A DNA stretch of 64,000 nucleotides from Alphaproteobacteria bacterium. GTDB taxonomy: Bacteria; Pseudomonadota; Alphaproteobacteria; MPNO01. Below, piece by piece: positions 56,743 through 64,000 of this stretch. The notes beneath the pieces are model-generated. The model had not been told where the DNA came from. It saw only the letters and a list, made by a program, of their open reading frames with translations, and did no database searches. The stretch is taken from the NCBI GenBank assembly GCA_965248835.1, contig CBDFLJ010000001.1:192001-256000 (forward strand), written 5' to 3'. How positions within the stretch are numbered: the stretch's first letter is position 1; each line of letters starts with the position of its first letter. The translations under genes were made by a program, and so were the position numbers.

Positions 56743-59217
56743 TCACGGTGGCACCTGTTCTTCCCCGGCATCGGCTATTGCCTTCCATACGGCGAACGAT
56801 GTGATCGGCGGATCGATGTCGCGAACGCCGAGCGGGCGCAGGGCGTCGACGACCGCCGCCACGATCGCCGGCGGCAGCCCGACCGTTCCCGTCTCGGCAC
56901 CGCCCTTCACGCCGAGCGGGTTTGTCTCGGTCGGGACCGGTCGCGAGGCCAGGCGAAAGTCGGGAAAATCGGCAGCCACGGGCATCGCATAGTCCATGAA
57001 GGAACCCGTCAGGAGCTGTCCCTCCCCATCGAAGAGGACGCCTTCCTTGAGCACCTGGCCCGCGGCCTGCGCGATCCCACCGTGGATCTGCCCCTCGAGC
57101 ACGAGGGGATTGATCACCACGCCGACATCGTCAACGGCGGATACTGCGACGAGTTCGACCTGCCCGGTCTCCGGGTCGACTTCCACTTCCGCGAGGTAGC
57201 AGCCGTTGGGATAGTTCTGCGGATCGGCGGAAAAATATCCGCGGCCCTCGAGGCCGGATCGTAGCTCCGGCGGCAAGGGCTTGGGAGAGGCCCAGGCGAA
57301 TGTGGCCCTTGCGACGGCGTCGAGGGTGATCCGCCGATCGCCCGGCGCTGTGGAATAAGTGCCGTCGGCGAAGTGCAATTCGCCGATATCCGCATCCAGT
57401 AGAATGGCGGCCGCCGCTTGGCCGCGCTCGACAACCTGCTCACAGGCCTGTTTGAGGGCGGAGCCGCCGACGGTCATGCTGCGCGAACCGAAGCTCCCGC
57501 GGCCGGTGGCGATCTTGTCGGTGTCGCCCTGGACGACCCGAATGCGATCCAGCGCTATGCCCAGCCACTCGTTGACCATTTGCGGAAAGCTGGTTTCGTG
57601 GCCCTGTCCGTAGGAAAAGGTGCCGGCCAAGATGCTGAGCCCGCCGGTCGGATCGAAGCGGATCTCCATGCGCTCGCTGATGGTGGCGCAGACCTCGATA
57701 TACACCGACGCACCGCGACCGCGGAGCCTGCCGCGCTCCAGGCTCCTTTTTCGCCGCATCTCGAAGCCGTTCCAGTCAGCCCGATCGAGAGCATGATCGA
57801 GGACAGCCTCGAACTCGCCGCAGTCATAAGTCTCGCCGATAGCCGTTCGGTAGGGCATTCGCTCCGGCCCGATGAGATTGCGGCGGCGAATTTCGATGGG
57901 ATCGAGGCCGAGTTCCGCAGCGGCAAGATCCATCATCCGCTCTAGGATCATCGTCGCCTCCGGGCGTCCGGCCCCCCGATAGGTGGTCAGCGTGCAGCTG
58001 TTGGTGAAGATGCCGTTCACGGTCACGTGCATCGCCGGGAACGCGTAAACCCCGGAGAGCATGCGCGTGCCCACCAGCGGCGGATGCGCGGTGGATGGGC
58101 CGAGCTGGCACCCGAGGTTGTGATGGACCGCCACGCGGATGCCGAGGACGTCGCCCTCGGTGGTGAGGGCGAATTCAGCGTCCGCAATCTGGTCGCGACC
58201 GTTGAAGTCGGACAGGAACGCTTCGCTCCGGTCGCTCACCCACTTGACCGGCCGTCCGACGCGTTGTGCCGCCCACAGGACGAGGATCTCCTCCGGATAA
58301 AGGCCTCCCTTGGTGCCGAAGCCGCCTCCGACATCGCCGGCGACGACGTGCAGCCGGAACGCCGGCACGCGGAAGATGTGCTGCGCCAACAACAGGCGTA
58401 TGCGGTGCGGATTGGCGCTGGAGGTCGTCAGGTGCCAACGCTCCTGCCCGACATGATAGTCGCCGATGCAGGTCCTCGGCTCCAGCGGATTGCCGGCGAC
58501 CCGCTGGCTCCGAATCCGGGCCCGCGTCACATGATCGGCCCTGGCGAACACCTCCGCGGTCAGGTCCGCATCGCCCATCTCGTGCACGAAACAGCGATTG
58601 CCCGCGGCGCCGGGCCAGACGAGAGGCGCGTCAGGCGCGATTGCGGATTCGACCGTCGGGGCGACATCGAGCGGTTCGTAGTCGACGACGATCCGCTCCG
58701 CGGCTTCCGCGGCCGAGGCATGGGTTTCGGCGATGACGAAAGCGACGCCAGCGCCGATGGCAAGGACCCGATCCACGGCAAGCGGCGGAAAAGGCGTGGG
58801 GTGATAGGCTCCGCCCGTTATAGTGGGCGGGATGCTCACGCAGGGAATATTGCCCAGACCTTCGGCCGCGTAGTCCTCCCCTGTCAGCACGGCGATGACG
58901 CCGGACACCTCCAGGGCGCCGGCGACGTCGATACTCCGAATCCTCGCGTGCGAAAACGGCGACCGGAGCACGTAGCCCCGGACCTGGTCGTGCTCGCGAA
59001 CGTCGTCGGCATAGCACCCGTGTCCGGTCAGCAGTCTCCTGTCCTCCAGCCTCGGAATCGCCGCGCCGATACCCTGATGGTTGGGCCGGTCGGGGATGGC
59101 GCTGCCTCCGCGCGTCGCTCCGGTATCAGCGCAGGCTGCCGTCGTCCCATCCGGCGCGCCGGCGGATGTGGCGATCAGGACGGCTTTCCCAGACATAGGC
59201 TTTCTCTCGAGGGTCAT
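56743..59217 (-). CDS. Xanthine dehydrogenase/CoxL-family molybdopterin-binding large subunit (second)
   Basis: RLED.RLLTG.G, GGGFGTK, TTYRGAGRPE, GQGHET, GQIHGG, KGGAE. Confidence 0.9.
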   Translation of the reverse strand: MTLERKPMSGKAVLIATSAGAPDGTTAACADTGATRGGSAIPDRPNHQGIGAAIPRLEDRRLLTGHGCYADDVREHDQVRGYVLRSPFSHARIRSIDVAGALEVSGVIAVLTGEDYAAEGLGNIPCVSIPPTITGGAYHPTPFPPLAVDRVLAIGAGVAFVIAETHASAAEAAERIVVDYEPLDVAPTVESAIAPDAPLVWPGAAGNRCFVHEMGDADLTAEVFARADHVTRARIRSQRVAGNPLEPRTCIGDYHVGQERWHLTTSSANPHRIRLLLAQHIFRVPAFRLHVVAGDVGGGFGTKGGLYPEEILVLWAAQRVGRPVKWVSDRSEAFLSDFNGRDQIADAEFALTTEGDVLGIRVAVHHNLGCQLGPSTAHPPLVGTRMLSGVYAFPAMHVTVNGIFTNSCTLTTYRGAGRPEATMILERMMDLAAAELGLDPIEIRRRNLIGPERMPYRTAIGETYDCGEFEAVLDHALDRADWNGFEMRRKRSLERGRLRGRGASVYIEVCATISERMEIRFDPTGGLSILAGTFSYGQGHETSFPQMVNEWLGIALDRIRVVQGDTDKIATGRGSFGSRSMTVGGSALKQACEQVVERGQAAAAILLDADIGELHFADGTYSTAPGDRRITLDAVARATFAWASPKPLPPELRSGLEGRGYFSADPQNYPNGCYLAEVEVDPETGQVELVAVSAVDDVGVVINPLVLEGQIHGGIAQAAGQVLKEGVLFDGEGQLLTGSFMDYAMPVAADFPDFRLASRPVPTETNPLGVKGGAETGTVGLPPAIVAAVVDALRPLGVRDIDPPITSFAVWKAIADAGEEQVPP

Positions 59218-59390
59218 GAAATTCGACCGGTAATCCGAAGGACCGCGGTGTCATCGACGAAGGCAATGCGCAAGAAAAATCCGTTTGGTTTGGCTATGGG
59301 CGCTCCCGTCCGGCGCCGCATCGCCGCGGCGTCGGCCGAACAGCCGCCCGGCCGGAGCCGTTGTGGACACCTTTCGCCGCGGCATCGAGA

Positions 59391-60926
59391 TTACGGCCGC
59401 TTCGGTTTGAGGATGCACACATCGTCGGGATTCACGAGGTCGGGCACGGTCCAGCCATCGAGGTCGTATTCATCCATCGCGGACTGGGCGAAGGCCTTGA
59501 ACTTGTCGACATTTCCGGTTCCCTGTGCCGCCCAGAGATTGGTCAGACGGGTGATGTCGTTGCTGCCGATGTAGTTGATCTCGTAGAGTTCGTGCCGGGA
59601 TCCGAACTCGGTTCCGATCGAATCCCAAAGCATTTTCATCACCTTGACCCGCTCGATCGCGTCGGTCCCTCCCGAGCCGCGAAGGTAGCGGTCGAGGTAG
59701 CCGCGAATTTCCGGCGCCTTGAAATCGGCGGTGTGCGAGTTGAGGTAGATGAGACCGCTGGCCACGATCTGCTCGATGATATTCTTGATCTTCGGCATCG
59801 CCTCCTGGCTGAGCACACGGTATGCGCCGGCGAAGTGCGCGTCGGGACGAATCATGTCGTTCCAGGGCTCAGCGCTCTTGGCCATCGCATCGGAGAGTGC
59901 CCAGAACGCGTTGCGCCAAGCGATCACTTCGCCCAGCTGCGCCTGGACGCCGTGGAATTTTTGGGCACCGGTGATCTCCAGCGCCCGGACCAGAAGGCCG
60001 CAGATGAAGTCCAGCTTGACCGCGAGCCGCGTACATCCGTGCAGCGAAGCACGTTCGAGGAAACCCGATCCCACGTTGAACTTGTTGGCCTGTTCGAGGT
60101 CGCCGTGAATGAAGACGTCTTCCCACGGAACGAACACGTTATCGAGCACGAGGATCGCGTCATTCTCGTCGAGCCGGGACGATAGCGGGTAGTCGAACGG
60201 ACTGCCGAGCGCCGCGGCTCGGTACTCGTTGGAAATTCGGCAAAGAAGTTTTACGCCCGGCGCACCGGTGGGAACCATGAAAACGGGCGCGAACCTGGGA
60301 TCCGCGATCGGCACCTGGGCGATATGCGCGACGAACGTGAAGTGGGTGAGCGCGGAGTTCGTCGCCACCACTTTCGCGCCGCTGACATAGATCCCGGCAT
60401 CGTCCTCCTTTTCCACCCGCACATAGACGTCCGATCCGTCGGCCGTGGGCAGGTCGCGGTCAACGGGAGGGTGCATTATGGCGTGGTTGACGTACCAGGT
60501 TCGCTCCTGCGCCTTGCGGTACCATCTCGTCGCGTTTTCCTCGTAGCCGCGATAGAAGCCCGCGTTCGCGCCCGGGGTGCCGAGAAACGAACCCTTGTAG
60601 TCGGGGGAACGCCCCATCCAGCCCCAGGTGTCGCGTTGCCACTCGGCGATCGCATCGCGCTGCGCGACCTGTTCCTCCACCGTGTTGGGAGCGCGGTAGA
60701 ACCGGTGGGTGAACCCGCCCCACTCGGTCGGTTCGGTGAGGATCTGCTTCCGCTCCGGATCGTGCAGCGCATCGTAGAGGCGTGCGATCATGCGCGCAGT
60801 ATTGCGGAACGCCGGATGCTCGGTAATGTTTTCGACGCGCTCGCCGTAGATCCAGACCTCCCGGCCGTCGTCGAGGCTGTCGAGGTATTCCTTCCCCGTG
60901 AAGGGCTCCACCGCGTTGTCAGGCAT
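59391..60926 (-). CDS. FADH2-dependent monooxygenase, HpaB/PvcC family
   Basis: PFTG.EYL.SL.DGREV.IYGE, WMGRSPDYK, NHAI.HPP.DR, DENDA.L..DNVFVPWE, RHELYE.NY. Confidence 0.92.
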   Translation of the reverse strand: MPDNAVEPFTGKEYLDSLDDGREVWIYGERVENITEHPAFRNTARMIARLYDALHDPERKQILTEPTEWGGFTHRFYRAPNTVEEQVAQRDAIAEWQRDTWGWMGRSPDYKGSFLGTPGANAGFYRGYEENATRWYRKAQERTWYVNHAIMHPPVDRDLPTADGSDVYVRVEKEDDAGIYVSGAKVVATNSALTHFTFVAHIAQVPIADPRFAPVFMVPTGAPGVKLLCRISNEYRAAALGSPFDYPLSSRLDENDAILVLDNVFVPWEDVFIHGDLEQANKFNVGSGFLERASLHGCTRLAVKLDFICGLLVRALEITGAQKFHGVQAQLGEVIAWRNAFWALSDAMAKSAEPWNDMIRPDAHFAGAYRVLSQEAMPKIKNIIEQIVASGLIYLNSHTADFKAPEIRGYLDRYLRGSGGTDAIERVKVMKMLWDSIGTEFGSRHELYEINYIGSNDITRLTNLWAAQGTGNVDKFKAFAQSAMDEYDLDGWTVPDLVNPDDVCILKPKRP

Positions 60927-61329
60927 CGCCGCACCCGGCCACCGCCTGGCAGGTGATTTCGACGAGGATATCGGGATCGGCCAAACCCGAGACCTCTACC
61001 AGGGTAGAGCACGGAAAGTCGCCGGTGAAGAACTCCCGGCGCGCACGCCAGACTTCCCTGTTCTCGGCAATGTCGGTGACGTAAATCGTCATGTTGACGA
61101 CGTCTCCCATCGCGCCTCTCGCCTCTTCGAGACAGTTCTTCACCTTGGTGAAGATGATCTTCGCCTGTTCGTAGGCGCTGCCCTTCCCGCCTATCGTCTT
61201 GAGGTCCGCGTCTCTCGCCGTGAAGCCCGAAAGCCAGATCTGGTCTCCGACGCGCAGACAGTTGGACCAATGCCCGGGCGGATATTCCGCGACCTTTGGG
61301 GATACAAACCGTTGTCTCTTTTGCGCCAT
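60919..61329 (-). CDS. RidA/YjgF family protein
   Basis: LSG.TA, Q...IF, R.EFF...FP.STLVEVS.L..P...VEI. Confidence 0.88.
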   Translation of the reverse strand: MAQKRQRFVSPKVAEYPPGHWSNCLRVGDQIWLSGFTARDADLKTIGGKGSAYEQAKIIFTKVKNCLEEARGAMGDVVNMTIYVTDIAENREVWRARREFFTGDFPCSTLVEVSGLADPDILVEITCQAVAGCGDA

Positions 61330-61366
61330 CGCCTGGACCTCGCTCCTTGTTCGGCTCCGCGGCTAG

Positions 61367-62305
61367 TCAGTCGAAAAAGTCGGGCGTCGGATCCATACCC
61401 CATTGTGTCGTGTCTTCCACCGCCACCGCGTAGCTGCGGGTCTCGTAGCTGCTGTCGCTGACGTCGCCGTCGGTGTAGTGCTCGACGCGGAAGTCGAACG
61501 GATCCCGCCAATAGTCGAAGATCTGGCTGCCTATGAGGTGGCGGCCGACGCCGCAATCGTGCCGGTAGCCCTTGGCTCTCAGGTAATCGTGCGCGCCCAT
61601 CACCGAGTCGACGTCCTGCATCTCGAAACTGCAATGATGCACCCCGACCGCCGAAGACTGGTTGATGAGAACGCAGTGATGGTCGACCGGCTCATCGCCG
61701 CGATCGAAGCGCACGAAGGTACCGATGACCCGGTCCTCGTCGCCGGACACCCGCATCACATCCGAAGCGAGCAGGCCGAAACGCTCGCGGAACCAGGACA
61801 GCATGGCGTCATGGTCGCTTACGCGGAGGACGAAATGGCCCAGCCGCAGCGCCATTCCCGGCTCGCGCCTGGGTCTCAGGGACTGGTTGACCCGCTCCTT
61901 GCGCTCTCCCGAGTTGAACGGGTTGGGCGGTCGATGCGGCAGAGCCGGCGTCTCTTTCTGTCCCCAGACGGCATCGATGAGAAAACCGTCGGGGGCCGTC
62001 ATGCGAACCCGCCACCCGCCGCCCGGCGCCGCCTCGATCGGTTCGACCGGCGAGGAGCCCGGGAGCCGGGCGAGGGTTTCCAGGTCGGCCCGGGTTGCCA
62101 TCTTGAAGCCGCCGCCGATGAAGCGGTTCTCCGAACCCAGATGGCTGATATGGACATAGGGTGCGGATCCCGCCGTCCTCATGAAGAGAGTCTCGGCGGT
62201 TTTCTCCGCCGTCGCCAATCCGAAATCGCGCAGGAACGTTTCCATCAGGTCCAGATCGGTGACCTGATAGACGACATGGGACAAGTCGATGGCTCTCGGC
62301 ATCAC
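61367..62305 (-). CDS. Two-domain VOC extradiol-type dioxygenase (trihydroxytoluene oxygenase DntD-like)
   Basis: LGHFVL, VDHH, HHCSFE, GVGRH.IGSQIFDYW.DP, EHYTDGD. Confidence 0.8.
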   Translation of the reverse strand: MMPRAIDLSHVVYQVTDLDLMETFLRDFGLATAEKTAETLFMRTAGSAPYVHISHLGSENRFIGGGFKMATRADLETLARLPGSSPVEPIEAAPGGGWRVRMTAPDGFLIDAVWGQKETPALPHRPPNPFNSGERKERVNQSLRPRREPGMALRLGHFVLRVSDHDAMLSWFRERFGLLASDVMRVSGDEDRVIGTFVRFDRGDEPVDHHCVLINQSSAVGVHHCSFEMQDVDSVMGAHDYLRAKGYRHDCGVGRHLIGSQIFDYWRDPFDFRVEHYTDGDVSDSSYETRSYAVAVEDTTQWGMDPTPDFFD

Positions 62306-63885
62306 GAAACCTCCCTCGGCTGGACGTCTTGCGGCTCGCCCGCAATGTTGTGCAGGTCACTGACGTCGTCGTTGTTGATAAGGTCCGGCGCCGTCCACCC
62401 GTCGAGGTCGTATTCCGCCATGCACCGGTCCACTAGCTCGGTCATGGCATCAAGACCGCCCGATCCCTGCGCTTCCCAGAGGTTCGACAGCCGCGTCAGG
62501 TCGTTGGAGCCGAGATAGTTGATTTCGTAGAGCTCGCTGCGCCCGCCGAACTCCGCGGCGATGCAGTCCCAAAGGAGTTTCATCACCTTGACGCGGGTTT
62601 CGGCGCTCGCCCCGCCGGTGCCGCGCAGGTACCGGTCGAGCTGCGCCCGTAGTTCGGGCACCGCGAAGTCGTCCGCGTGAGAATTGAGATAGATCAGCCC
62701 GCTCGCGATTATCTCCTCGATACTGCTCTTGATGGACGGAAACGCGATCTGGGAGACCGTTCGAAAAGCGGTGCCATAGCGCGCGTCCGGCTGCACCATG
62801 CCGTTCCACGGGACGCTGCTCTTGGCCATGGCATCGGACAGCGCCCACATCGTGTTGCGCCAGGCCAGCACTTTGCCGAACCGCGATTGCACCCGTGAAA
62901 GACCTTGGACCCCGTGATGTCCAGGGCCTTGGACAACACGCCGCATATGAGGTCGAGCTTGACCGCGAACCGTGTGCGGCCGTGCATCGCGGCGCGTGCA
63001 TTGAATCCCGATCTGTCGGAAAACTGGTTGGCGCGGACGGCATCGCCATACATGAAGACGTTCTCCCAGGGGACGAAGACGTTGTCCAGGATCAGGATCG
63101 CGTCGTTTTCGTCCGCCCGACTCGACAGGGGATAGTCGAACGGGCTTCCCAGCACGGCGGCGCGTTGTTCGTTGGAGGCGCGCGAGACCATCTTCAGCCC
63201 CGGCGCGCCGGTGGCCACCATGAATACCGGCGCGTAGGCCGGATCCTTTATCGGCACCTGTCCCGCGTGGGCGATGAAGGTGAAGTGGGTCAGGGCGGAC
63301 CCGGCCGCCACGACCTTGGCGCCGGTGAGGTAGATGCCGGCATCCGTTTCCTTCACTACTCTGACGAAAACGTCCGATGAATCCGCCGTCGGCAGGTTGC
63401 GATCGACAGGCGGATTCAGGATGGCGTGGTTGATGTACCAAGTGCGCTCCTGGGCTTTGCGATACCGGTCGAGCGAGTTCTTCTCGTATCCCTCGTAGAA
63501 GGCCGCGTTCGCCCCGAGCGTGGCGAGGAACGATCCCTTGTAGTCGGGCGTCTCCCATCCACCCGTAAGAGATGCGCTGCGACTCCGCGACCGCGTCGCG
63601 CGCGGCGATCTGATCCTCGACACTGCTCGGCGCCTGGAAATAGCGGTGCGTCCGCCCGCCCCACTCGGTCGGCCCGGTCAGGACGTCGCGCTGCGCCGGG
63701 TCGTGCATCGCATCATAGAAGCGTGCCACCATGCGGGCGGAGTTGCGGAACGCCGGGTGGTCGACGATGTTCCCGACCTTCCTGCCGTAGATCCACACTT
63801 CGCGCCCATCGTCGAGGCTGTCGAGATACTCCTGACCGGTGAAGGGGACAAATTGCCGGGCCGCATCCAGGACTGATGCGCTCAT
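62302..63885 (-). pseudogene. Second HpaB-family monooxygenase with two frameshifts
   Basis: N- and C-termini are in ORF 62302-63969 and the middle (TPDYK...KVFHG) is in ORF 62709-63623; shifts near 63552 and 62892. Confidence 0.85.
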
Positions 63886-64000
63886 CGTCGATCCTCCGAC
63901 ATGAACACCGCTCCGCCAGCTCCGGTAGCGCTGTTCACTACCTGGCCACGATGTCCGCTCATGAACCATGAAGTCAATTGACTATTGGAGGCAGTTTATA

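Overview
GC-rich accessory DNA, probably from an alphaproteobacterium (inferred from the tRNA-fMet sequence and IS types), in two blocks. (1) About 0.5-20.3 kb is an island bracketed by two same-orientation tRNA-fMet 3' fragments (att-like). Its core is a coupled four-gene operon: a P-loop/Cys-motif protein split by an IS5, a 507-aa unknown, a 1833-aa protein with a PD-(D/E)xK-like motif and a complete RuvB-like AAA+/winged-helix module at its C-terminus, and an HhH-GPD Fe-S glycosylase. This operon converges on an RHH regulator plus C5-cytosine methyltransferase operon. The layout resembles a DndFGH/DptFGH-type restriction module paired with 5mC rather than phosphorothioate and using a RuvB-type motor; it is the best candidate for an undescribed defence system. 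A RecD2 helicase lies at the right edge, a group II intron 5' fragment interrupts the right att, and a decayed integrase element ends at a tRNA-Pro fragment (23.46 kb). (2) About 23.7-64 kb is an IS-riddled catabolic region: Rieske oxygenases (including two divergent MsmAB-like pairs), two Mo-hydroxylase large subunits, two TRAP systems, hydantoinase B plus gamma subunit, a TorT-like/sugar-type ABC transporter split by IS256, and a cluster of two HpaB-like monooxygenases, a VOC dioxygenase, RidA, an RraA-like aldolase and a cupin. Several IS630/IS5 elements are chained end to end at shared CTAG sites. No CRISPR array, rRNA or intact tRNA was seen. All family assignments come from reading motifs by eye; no database searches were run.
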